Shown here: positions 1 through 9,504 of the stretch, in pieces
Position numbering within the stretch: position 1 is the first letter of the stretch
Layout of the letters: every line of letters begins with the position of its first letter
NCBI GenBank assembly: GCA_046350815.1
Contig: JAXLZO010000001.1
Coordinates: forward strand, 540,001 to 572,000
Direction: 5' to 3'
Source of the DNA: Candidatus Saccharimonadota bacterium
GTDB lineage: Bacteria; Patescibacteriota; Gracilibacteria; BD1-5; UBA2023
Length of the DNA: 32,000 nt
Notes under the pieces: model-generated
Seen by the model: the letters and a program-made list of their open reading frames with translations, nothing else
Database searches by the model: none
What the model was told of the DNA's origin: nothing
Position numbers and translations under genes: made by a program

Positions 1-512
1 GCTTCGAGAGTATAACCAAGAAGATCCATATGATCCCAGCCAATGGAAGTAATACAGGTGATGGATGGATGAGTGAGGATATTTGTTGCATCGAGTCTCC
101 CACCAAGCCCTACTTCAATTACGGCATATTCACACTTTGTATCACGAAAATAGAGAAATGCAGCAATGGTTTTTGCTTCAAAAAATGTTGTCTGTGGTTG
201 ATATGCAAGGATTTGCTCAAAATACTCAGCAAGTTTTTCATGTGGAATATATCCTTCATTCGTTTCAATCGACTCTGTAATATCTACGAGATATGGAGAG
301 GTGAAGACTCATACCTTGTATCCTGCTTCCTTAAGGATTGCAAAAGTCATCTGGCTCACTGATCATTTTCCATTTGTCCCGGCTATATGGATGGTTTTAT
401 AGCTCTCTTGAGGATTTCAAAAATACTCTGCCAACTTACGAACACGATCGAGAGAATAATCGGTGGTGATTCTGGTATTTGATATAAGTTGTGAAATAAG
501 ATCTTGTAGCAT
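1..512 (-). CDS. folC: Folylpolyglutamate synthase / dihydrofolate synthase (Mur-ligase family), N-terminal part; the C-terminus lies beyond the window start
   Basis: Minus-strand translation from ATG (510-512): MLQDLISQ...YKTIHIAGTNGK[TGA]SVSQM...AVIEVGLGGRLDATN. The HIAGTNGKGS P-loop and GLGGRLDATN are FolC hallmarks. 3 in-frame TGA read as Gly. Confidence 0.85.
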
Positions 513-558
513 TATTTATTTTTTGCAATGTAGTATAAATACATCACTCTATTTATCC

Positions 559-588
559 ATAAAATCGCTCAAAATTGAGCGATTTTAT
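559..588. terminator. Perfect 13-bp hairpin (ATAAAATCGCTCA-AAAT-TGAGCGATTTTAT), likely rho-independent terminator of the upstream minus-strand gene
   Basis: Inverted repeat read directly. It is T-rich after the GC core on both strands and lies 20 nt past the TAA at 609-611. Confidence 0.6.
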
Positions 589-608
589 CATTGATATTAT
601 AACGGGTA

Positions 609-2513
609 TTATGATATCTTTTCAGTAATGTCTTTTGCGAGTTGATTATATTGTCCAATAAAAAGCTTTTTTCGAATACTTAATTTTTCTCAAATTGAGA
701 GTTTATATTCTCAACTAGCAGCTATATTTCTGATTGCAGAGATATATGTAATATACTCTCGTGCTTTGCCAGATATTTTTGGATTGATATTATTGAGCAT
801 CTCCCATGGCTTGTTGTATTCTCCAAAATTGGAGATGAGGATAGACAATGACTCTTGCAGGAGATTCTGATTATGAGTTTCAAGAGCACTCTGTATGAGA
901 GACTCAAAACACCAAAGAGGAGTTTGAGTTGGATATCGTTTCATACATTTTTGATACTCTTCGATCGATTTCGCAGCATCACCTAACTCTCGGTAGAGTT
1001 TACCGAGTAAAAGAGTCTCTTGAAAAGTTCCTGTTGGTTTTGCAAGGATCGCATCTCTATACGCTTGATTCTTTTCTTTTGACAAGCCAATTCCTTGATA
1101 TTGAGTATGTTCCAATATATTCTGCGACCAAAGTTCTATTTTAGCCATCTTTGCATTCTCATTGCCATAGTGCGCATGGTTATTAAGAATTGATTGCATG
1201 ATGCCGGATTCTGGAATGGTCGCTTCATAGTCATACGACCATTGTGAGTTATCAAGATAGCTAAATCATTGAAAATCAAGCTCCGTTTTATTAGTATCCG
1301 GATTGATTTTACGAGATGCAATAGGAATAAGCTCTTGGAGGTTAGTCGGATCTGCGAGATAATCCTTTCCGTCTATCTGGAGTGTGAGAGCAATATGTCC
1401 ATTTCATTGAGCATCAGTTTTATTCATTATAATGGTCGAGTGAGCTATATCGAGCTCTTCGAGGAATCCATGCATCAATGATACCTTTCCGACACACAGC
1501 ATTTGTTTTGTCTCCAGCATTTTTCCAGGATCTTGAGCTTCTTGAGTCATCACCCATGGATATTCGGTACGAATCGTCTTGAGTATCTGGCTTGCTGCCT
1601 GTAGCTGCAGTTGTCGCTTTTGTGATTCAGAGTTCATCTCACGAAGCTGTCGCTTGTATCCTGCAATATTGAGAAGTGAATAAAGCCTTGGAGTATCGAG
1701 AAATGATTGATAATTGGATGGTGAGAAAGAATCATTTGCACCATTTGCAATCACACTTGATGGATTGATTTTTTCGAGTTTAGCAATTCGCTCTCGATCT
1801 TTCGTGGTTAAAAGAGCGATATTTTGAGTTGTCTCTTGATTTCATTGTTCAAAGAGGGCAGTCTGAAGATGGAGGTCGACTTTTTCAGTAACGGTGTCAT
1901 CAAGCTTCGTAATAGCCTCTTGCGTTTTAATGGTTACTCCATTTTGTTCGATATGATAATATGCTACACGATTCTCCATGACTTCCTCCTTTTTGATAAG
2001 ATCATCAAGAAAAGCTTTTACTCATTCAGGGTTTCTGACGGGGAGTGGTAGATGTGAAAAGGCTTTTGCATAGGTATCCCAATATTTCCCCATCTGATTG
2101 GCAGCAGTATTTCGTACATCTTCCGGCGTATTTGGATCTTCCATTGCTACCATGAGCTTATGAATAGCACTCATGAGACTGATTTGGTATTGTTTCGTGA
2201 TACTACCTTTTTCTGGCGGAGTAAAATAGGCCTTTCCTTCGTAGATTACACCTTGAAGTTTGCTCATCAGAATGATTTTTTCTGTTTCGGTGATATCATT
2301 TGGTAGAGATAGAGCTTTTACTCGGAGTTTCCCATCTAACATAGTCTCTGGGATAATCCAAGTAGAGACATCCTTGCGATCAAATTTTGTATTGAGACTT
2401 GGATCCTGCACTTGTATACCCATTGCTTCTCCCCATTTTTTGAGTTGTTCCTGATTTGATGAGAGTTTTGGGGGTTGCTTTGCATCAAATCATCGCTTAT
2501 TTTCAAGTGTCAT
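609..2513 (-). CDS. Hypothetical 634-aa protein with a transglutaminase-like Cys-His-Asp core (tentative)
   Basis: Track ORFs 711-1199, 1404-1754 and 2022-2423 share one frame and are joined only by TGA (7 in total). ATG at 2511-2513, TAA at 609-611. QMLC(1494-1496)VGK...NGH(1395-1397)IALTLQIDGKDYLAD(1350-1352)PT matches the C..H-x15-D pattern of the transglutaminase/cysteine-protease core. Confidence 0.6.
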
Positions 2514-2523
2514 ACTAAAAAAA

Positions 2524-2555
2524 GAAAATATATCCTCATAGTAGGATATATTTTC
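2524..2555 (-). terminator. Rho-independent terminator after the lipoprotein gene
   Basis: GAAAATATATCCT / AGGATATATTTTC 13-bp stem, followed on the minus strand by a T-run (complement of A-run 2516-2522). Confidence 0.6.
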
Positions 2556-2585
2556 TTTTTCTGCAAAGATTGATGGGTTGACTTT

Positions 2586-3923
2586 TTACTTTTCGATCAC
2601 TATTGGAAAATAAGCATGTTCACTGTTAGATCCAAAAAAATCAAAAACATATGGAAGCTCACAAACATTGTTCAATTTCTCACTTATATGGTATTCGAAG
2701 CTCTTCTTTTTTATATCGTACGATTGAATTTTATAAGGGTTACTATCATATGAATTCTTGTTATTCGGGTCACATGTCCATATCTGCAAGTTGGATAGTT
2801 CATTTTTCTCTCATGAATTCTTTGGAGAAAAAGATATACCCTCCGATCGAAGTGTGAAAACACCATCTCGCTCTGCAAGCAATATTTTGTCGTATGTGAG
2901 TGAGGTGTTTCATCAATTGAATTTTGAGGAAATGAGTTCACTCCATTGTTTCATGGTATCAAAAGAGAGAAAATAACTTGTTCTATTGCTGAATGGAATT
3001 TCAAAATCTTTCTGTGGTTGATTGTATCGATCTGATTCGATCCCACTTAGATACCTTGACTCGTAGCGATCTGGAAATTTGATATTGATCTCGGAGAATT
3101 GAGGAGCGTTTTCTCAACGAGAGTCTTTCATATTATACCCAGCGATAAAAAGATTCTTCGCAATGAGTGAGTCTTCTGAGTTCCCTTCGGAAACATAAGT
3201 TTGAAGATGATAGTCTCCAACACTCAATCCTTTGGTTAATCTTTCAGGTCCATCTTCAAAGGATTTACGCGTAAACTGACTTACACTTTGGCCATCTTTG
3301 GTAAAAAAAGTGTGAGCTTCCATAAATGCGCCACCATCACCAATGGTTTGAATAATTTCCCAACCAGAATCAGATGATCAGATAATCGATGAAATAGACA
3401 TATCATTATCCAGAAATACTGGAGTAAATTCTCAAGCTACTTTCACAAATAAATAGCACGTGCCTTCACTGTAAATACCACATCCATGTTGCCCATCAAA
3501 TCCTTTATCGGCAATATTTCCAGACTGTGTTAAAACAAAGTATTCATCTCCTTGAAGTTTTCCGGTAGATGCGAGGATTTGTCTTGTAAAATTTTGCTCT
3601 TTTGCCCAAAGCGCAAACCCCTGTCTCTCTTGTGAACTGATAAGATCGATGGTGATTTTTTGATATGGTTTTGTTCTTGATTCGACAAGCTGGTTGATTT
3701 CCTCAACAGATATAGCTTTGCCCGTATATGTTTGCGCTGGAAGTGTATTTCAAGAATTACCGAGAGATCATGACTGCGTATATCCTGAAGTTACTTCACG
3801 TATAAAACAGATACTTTTTTGACTATCCCAATTTCATCAAGATTCTACACAAGATGCTGCTTGATCCTGTGTGCAGGCAGCGAGTGATAATACAAGAGGA
3901 ACGAAAAGTAGCGTATACTTCAT
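2586..3923 (-). CDS. Putative lipoprotein, 445 aa, function unknown
   Basis: Starts MKYTLLFVPLVLSLAAC (signal peptide plus LAAC lipobox). Single frame from 3923 to TAA 2586-2588 with about 10 TGA(Gly) codons. Track ORFs 2586-2789 and 3114-3323 are fragments of it. Confidence 0.7.
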
Positions 3924-4008
3924 AAAAAATATTATGTTGGCAAGTATACTCACAAGAAAAAATATTCAAAAGATTCATACAATCTTCACCTATCATCCAA
4001 TATCTCCA

Positions 4009-5781
4009 TTAGTCTTCTATCTCCTTTACTCTTCCGGTTTGCAGATCCACCATAGATTTATAGAGATCCGAAGTATTCAGAAGCTCATTGTGAGATCCGA
4101 TTGCTTCGATCTTTCCATGTCGGACGACGATGATCCTATCTGCTTCCCGGACAGTTTGGAGTCTATGAGCGATTGTGATGATCGTTCTTCACTTTGAGAG
4201 CCGATGGATTGCCTCGGTCACCTTTGCTTCGCTGATACTATCGAGTGCTGCTGTCGGCTCATCAAGGATGATGATCGATGGAGATTGGAGAAAGAGCTTG
4301 GCAATAGCGATCCTCTGACGTTCTCCACCAGACAACAGGAGTCACTTTTCACCAATGATGGTATCGACTCACTCAGAGAGATCATCGAGGACAAAGTCTG
4401 CCGCAGCATCACGAAGAGCTCGTTCAATATCTTCGTTCGTCACCTCTCGATCGATTCCGTACGTGAGATTGTCACGAATGCTCGCATCAAATATTTGTGG
4501 CTCTTGTTGGAGATATCCGATATAGTCAATAATTGAAGCAAGGTCGAGTGATTTTGTATCCTGTTTATCAAGCAGAACAGATCATGAGGTTGGGAGGAGA
4601 TATGCCATCACAAGTCGAACGATCGTCGTCTTACCAGCACCTGAAGGTCAAACAAGTGCAATATGTTCTCATCATGCGATTTTTAAGGATACTCATTCTA
4701 GGTTGAGTTTGTTTTCATTGTATCCGAAAGAAACATTCTTAAATTCAATAGTACCATTTCAAGGTTTATATTCATCACCATGATCGAGATTTGGCGCGAG
4801 AGGGAGTGAAGCAAATGCTTCGAGCATCTTATCGACTTCAGTTTTAATACCTCCATATTCCCAGGCAATATCCATAAACCAATTAATGCTGAACGAAAGT
4901 TGGGCTAGTATGAGAAAAACAACAGGAAGCTGTACGATAGGATCATGAAGTATTCACCATGAATAAAGAACGGATACGACGAGAATAATTCTGAGAATAT
5001 TGGAAAGACCATAAATCAGATCAAACATAACAAAAGCTCCTATGCCTTCTTTCTTCTTGAGTATATGAATCTGCTCTCAAAGTGATAGAATCTGTGACTG
5101 AGTATCAATAAGTGATTTTCGCTTGAGGAGAAGTGATGGCACGAGAAAAGATCGCAGTGTAATATTCTTCATGTCATTTGCGAGTTCACGCCTCTTCTCA
5201 CGTATTGGTTGAATATAAGCATGGAGTGATTTTGCAAGAAAAGCAAATACTATGAGAATAAACATGGCGCCGAGTCACCATATTCCAGGAAGTATCAACA
5301 TGAGCAAAATAATACTCACCGAGAGAGAAATAATTGCACTGGTTACTCGATTGATCAGAAAGTAAGAGAAGTTTGTCCACTCCTCTGATCCTTTATGGAT
5401 AATGCTATAAAGACGAGTGATGCCATAACGCAGAGCACTGTCATATGAGATTAATCGATACCATGAGAGGATTCTTGATTGTATAGTAGCATTCCACTGC
5501 ACAAGGAGAATCCATCAAAAATATCTATGCCAAAGCCAACCAGTAATGAAAGTAGTTATTCAAAAGATGCTTAGAATAATAAGCGTGATTTTTAATAGAT
5601 GTATATCGTTTGCTCGTATGGCAGTAAGAATTTTTTCAACAAAGAATGGAAGTGTTGATTCTGCAATACCGTTAAAAAATGCGACCATTAAAAATCCAAA
5701 ACTCATCCATGGAGTGGTACGAGCAGGATAGAGATAGGTCCACAAACTTGGTTTTGTTGGGAAGGGTTGAGTTGGTTTCAT
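4009..5781 (-). CDS. ABC exporter, fused permease and ATPase (MsbA/ABCB-like), 590 aa
   Basis: N-terminal TM region (track ORFs 5560-5781, 5275-5502, 5077-5265, same frame). Walker A GEHIALV[TGA]PSGAGKTTI (4621-4680), signature [13 protein letters not shown], Walker [14 protein letters not shown]-loop ITIAHRL. TAA at 4009-4011. Length is divisible by 3. Confidence 0.9.
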
Positions 5782-5802
5782 AGTTTGTATTCAAATGGTG
5801 AA

Positions 5803-6858
5803 TTAATCACAAGCAATATCACAACTTCGCCATGCTTCCATTTGACTCGATGAAGACCCATCATCTGGGATAGCATCGAGAATTGATTGGTGCTCGTGTG
5901 TGATCGTATCGAGTACAGCATGGATCATCTCCGGTGTTTCAACCGTCACGAGTGCTTGACGATAGGTCTTCACTCCGGGAAATCCATGAAGATATTGCAC
6001 AAGATGCTTGCGAGCCTCGAGCATTCACTTTCGTCACTTTCTCTCCCAAAGAAGATCACCATGAAGTCGCATAATTTCGAGGATTTCTCACAGAGTCGGT
6101 CGAACATGTCATGGAAGAAAAGACCATGGATTCCCAAAGGTAGATCGACCAATCATAAATCCGTCGAGCACAGTATCTCCTGATCCGATCCATGTTGATT
6201 CTTGTATCCTTCTGATACCATCATCGTAGTCAATTACATCACCATTCCCTATGACCGGTATAGAGAGATGACGCTTGAGATCAAAGAGTGCTGACCAGTC
6301 AGCTTGACCGGTGAATGCTTGCTTGTAGGTACGGGCATGAACAGTGATGAGATTAGCTCCAGCATTTTGAAGTCAGAGACAAAAATCCTTGAGAAGTTCT
6401 GGATTTTCCCAGCCAAGCCGTGTCTTCACTGATACAGGTATTGACACTGCTTTACTCATCTCTTCTACAATGCGAAATGCTGTGTCACGATTGATCATGA
6501 GGGATGATCCATGACCACTTTTGACCACTTTCTTGGCAGGGCATCCCATATTGATATCCACTCAGGCAGCTCCCGATTGCTCGATCATGACGGCTGCCTT
6601 GGCGAACATATCTGGATCTTTACCAAATATTTGAAATATCACGGGCTTTTCATCTGCTTCATGGGGGAGTACTGTGTCAGCAAGTGTTTTCGAATGCACC
6701 AGACCATCGGCAGAATAGAACTCTGCAAAAGTGATGATATCAGGAGCGACTCGCTTCATCACACGACGATAGGGAGAATCACAATATCCATCCATAGGGG
6801 CAAGTGCGGCGATCGGTCATTTGGACGCGAGATCGGACCAGAAAGATTTTGAGGGCAT
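5803..6858 (-). CDS. dus: tRNA-dihydrouridine synthase
   Basis: MPSKSFW...APMDGYCDSPYRR..., GAA[TGA]VDINMGCPAKKV, LITVHARTYKQAFTGQADW, MIGRSTFGNPW. The frame was checked codon by codon. TAA at 5803-5805. Confidence 0.9.
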
Positions 6859-7017
6859 AACAAAAAAAGATTTTCGAGAAAATGAGAGTATGATTATATG
6901 GAAATCTGAGAAAAACCGATATTGTTCTGTACAAAATCTTTGAAAGATATAATGCAAACAAAGATATTTTCTGGATTTTGTACGGGAGATTATTCAGGGT
7001 ATGTAGGGAAATTATAT

Positions 7018-7048
7018 AAAAAAGGACGGTGGCATGAAGCCTCCGTCC
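7018..7048 (-). terminator. GC-rich rho-independent terminator about 160 nt downstream of the foreign-looking gene
   Basis: GGACGGTGGC-ATGAA-GCCTCCGTCC (10-bp stem, 1 mismatch), followed on the minus strand by TTTTTT (complement of 7018-7023). Confidence 0.6.
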
Positions 7049-7208
7049 AGTGTCTCAAAGATTTAGTATGAGTGTCTTTTGATACCTAATGGTACTAGGA
7101 CTACGTTATACCAGATCTTTTTTGATATTTCCTCCTTTTGTCAAACGCTCATCGTGCGTCTGACTTTATGTGAATGAATCCTATACGATGATTGGGGGGT
7201 GAAGGTGT

Positions 7209-8252
7209 TTAGCTAAGCGCCTTCACAAGGATTGGACGGAGAACCTCCCAGCGTTCAGGCGAGAGATGCAGGAGAAAAGGAGTATTTGAAATCACTCCAT
7301 TTTCCGGCTTCCATCCATCTTTAGGGCGCACACCGAACACTTGTTCAGCAAGAGCTGAGAGATCTACCCCTAGTCGCTCACCGCTTTTTGTGCGTGCAAG
7401 ACTTATCTGCACGCCAAAGGTCTTGGCAATGGGTCCAAATTTGACTTTTCGACCACTGACCAAAACACCAATGTCCAACTCACTCGCCAATGTTGGTGGA
7501 TCAAACTCTGCTTCATCCGGCATTTCGAGGAAACGGATGGATGGTGAAAGGAGCGTTGCTAGAGTGGCAAGATTCTTTGCACTTTCGACCTTCCGTTCAT
7601 ACTCGACCGCAAGACGATCGAGCCCTTCCATACCAGAAGCATCACCTGCAGCAGCAGCCACGAAGGCATGTACTACATCGGAGAACACCTTGGCTCGATT
7701 GGGTGCACCGAATGCAGGTATAGCACCCCATGCCCGAACGAGCTTCCAGCCAATGTGACTTAAAGCTTGCTCAGTCTTGCCAGTATGCGGACCATCAAGG
7801 ATGGCAGCATCACTTTCCAGTTGAGCATAGCTGATAATCCCTGCTGCCTTGAGGGCGGCAGTAACACCATCTTGATCCGCATCAGCTATAATAATAGCAT
7901 CAGCGAACTCGCCAACTTTCACGAGACTGGCACATGCTGGGTTTTCGGAGCGAGTTGTAACAACCGATCGGTCGCCAAGTAGCTCACGGCAGCGTGCAAC
8001 AGTTACACCATCACGATCGCTATCGCCATGATGATCACGCAGGTGCACTTCTGCACCAGCAACGATCAGTCCCTCAATCAAGGGGATAAGACCAGCTGTT
8101 GGTGGATGATCAATGATGACCACCCGCTTGCCGGCAATACCACCACCATCATTGGTGATCTCGGCAACGAGGGTAGAGCCCTCTTCTGCCTTGAAAGCTT
8201 TCGCAAAATGTAGTTCAGTAGAACCAAATGCTATTTTAATCGCAGTAGCCAT
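7209..8252 (-). CDS. Hypothetical 347-aa protein, compositionally foreign; DHH/RecJ-like metal-binding-type motifs in non-canonical order (function unassigned)
   Basis: Uninterrupted ORF even under the standard code. Visibly much higher GC than the flanks. Ala/Gly/Val/Arg-rich. 32 Gly, all GGN, and no TGA. Motifs VVIIDH, HLRDHHGD, IIIADADQDGVTAA. TAA stop. Confidence 0.75.
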   Translation of the reverse strand: MATAIKIAFGSTELHFAKAFKAEEGSTLVAEITNDGGGIAGKRVVIIDHPPTAGLIPLIEGLIVAGAEVHLRDHHGDSDRDGVTVARCRELLGDRSVVTTRSENPACASLVKVGEFADAIIIADADQDGVTAALKAAGIISYAQLESDAAILDGPHTGKTEQALSHIGWKLVRAWGAIPAFGAPNRAKVFSDVVHAFVAAAAGDASGMEGLDRLAVEYERKVESAKNLATLATLLSPSIRFLEMPDEAEFDPPTLASELDIGVLVSGRKVKFGPIAKTFGVQISLARTKSGERLGVDLSALAEQVFGVRPKDGWKPENGVISNTPFLLHLSPERWEVLRPILVKALS

Positions 8253-8267
8253 TTTTTTCTCTCTATC

Positions 8268-8325
8268 TCGGTGGTTGAGTTTACTCCCGTAGGACAGAAA
8301 TTGTCAGTAGGGAGTGGTGGACCGA
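8268..8325 (-). promoter_or_regulatory. Structured 5' leader of the foreign-looking gene (three stacked helices)
   Basis: Pairings read from sequence: TCGGT(8268-72)/ACCGA(8321-25), ACTCCC(8283-88)/GGGAGT(8310-15), GACA(8293-96)/TGTC(8302-05). It ends about 15 nt upstream of the ATG at 8250-8252. Confidence 0.35.
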
Positions 8326-8561
8326 TGAATATTTCATCAGCCCAATGCTTTCTACTGTATATCAAACATCACCACATCTAACCACTAATAGTAATCAAAT
8401 GAACATTGATAGATGACATAATAACATTATTTAATTTAATGTCAAATTCTAATTTATAGAAGTCATTTCTATTTCACCCTGTTACATAGCGAGTTTCCCC
8501 TATATACGAACGGTTCTTTGCTTCTAATCTTTCGTTAGATCAAAGTGTAGATACATTTTTT

Positions 8562-8774
8562 ATGAAACTCGTCTACGATGATGGCCATCTTTTTCGGTTG
8601 TTAATCGATACCGATCATTCCTTTTCTCTCATTCAAAAATATAAGAGCAAGAAAACATATTTCTCCCAAAGAATGATTGATCGTCAACTAAATCTTGTTC
8701 TCTCCTTTGCCTGATCAGAAATTATCTCTATAATTCGAAAAATTCGATCGTTCCACACTCATGCAAACTGATAA
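8562..8774 (+). CDS. Small hypothetical protein (70 aa), visible only with TGA=Gly
   Basis: ATG 8562, two in-frame TGA, TAA 8772-8774. Overlaps the next gene start by 14 nt (operon-style coupling). No recognisable motif. Confidence 0.3.
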
Positions 8775-9474
8775 AATCCGTACTCCGAAAAAAGTACCCA
8801 CCGACTCAACCACTCAGCGATCACTTCCTTTTTCTGAGATTCGTGATAATCTCATCATGATGAAAGATGGCTCTTCTCGTATGGTGATTAAGGTACACCC
8901 GATCAATTTTGAGCTCAAAAGTGAGGAGGAACAGGATGCAATTATTCTCTCATTTCAGAGAGTGCTTAATGCTCTGAGATTCCCAATCCAAATCGTGGTT
9001 CGATCACTCAAGATTGACCTCGCACCATATCTCGCGAAGCTCTCGAACCGTGCCTATGCCCAGCAGAATGCACTCCTTCAGACACAAACCCTCAAATATA
9101 TAGAGTTTCTCAAAAATTTGGTCGAGTATGCTCAGATTATGCGCAAGGAATTCTATATTGTTGTTCCTTTTGATTATGAGGAGAATGCAAGCGTAAAACG
9201 AAGCGGGATTCAGGGGATATTTGAAAATTTTTGGGCTGCAATTACTAATGAAGAAAGCATAACATCTATAAGATCGAATCATCAGCGTGTTGATAAAATG
9301 AAGAAGGGAAATATGGAACGAGTGTCTCAGATCAAGACATCTCTTGAAAGTGTAGGACTCAGATCTCAGGAACTCACAAAAGATGAGATTGTAAAATATC
9401 TCATCAGTTACTACAATCCTCGTCTAGGTGGTGACCTCAATCCAAAAGATATGACCAAGATTGTTCTCAAATAA
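8761..9474 (+). CDS. VirB4/TcpF-type conjugative ATPase N-terminal-domain-like protein, without an ATPase domain (237 aa)
   Basis: SLPFSEIRDNLIMMKDGSSRMVIKVHPINFELKSEEEQDAIILSFQRVLNALRFPIQIVVRS follows the pattern I recall for the N-terminal region of Gram-positive-type VirB4 family proteins. No Walker motifs. No TGA. Confidence 0.55.
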   Translation: MQTDKIRTPKKVPTDSTTQRSLPFSEIRDNLIMMKDGSSRMVIKVHPINFELKSEEEQDAIILSFQRVLNALRFPIQIVVRSLKIDLAPYLAKLSNRAYAQQNALLQTQTLKYIEFLKNLVEYAQIMRKEFYIVVPFDYEENASVKRSGIQGIFENFWAAITNEESITSIRSNHQRVDKMKKGNMERVSQIKTSLESVGLRSQELTKDEIVKYLISYYNPRLGGDLNPKDMTKIVLK

Positions 9475-9504
9475 TTCTCTGTTTTTTCTGCTGTGTCGCA
9501 CACA

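Noticed and set aside
3871-4536. Plus-strand ORFs 3871-4197 and 4204-4536
   Set aside because: They are antisense to the ABC ATPase domain, whose Walker A, signature, Walker B and H-loop motifs are unambiguous on the minus strand.
6882-7155. Short ORFs in the dus / foreign-gene spacer (46 aa from 6882 on the plus strand; 29 aa from about 7155 on the minus strand)
   Set aside because: They are too short, have no start context or motifs, and overlap the promoter and terminator elements.
7390-8213. Plus-strand ORFs 7390-7758, 7490-7723, 7767-7982 and 8028-8213
   Set aside because: These are typical antisense open frames of a GC-rich gene. The 347-aa minus-strand ORF is longer, uninterrupted, and has a start, leader and terminator.
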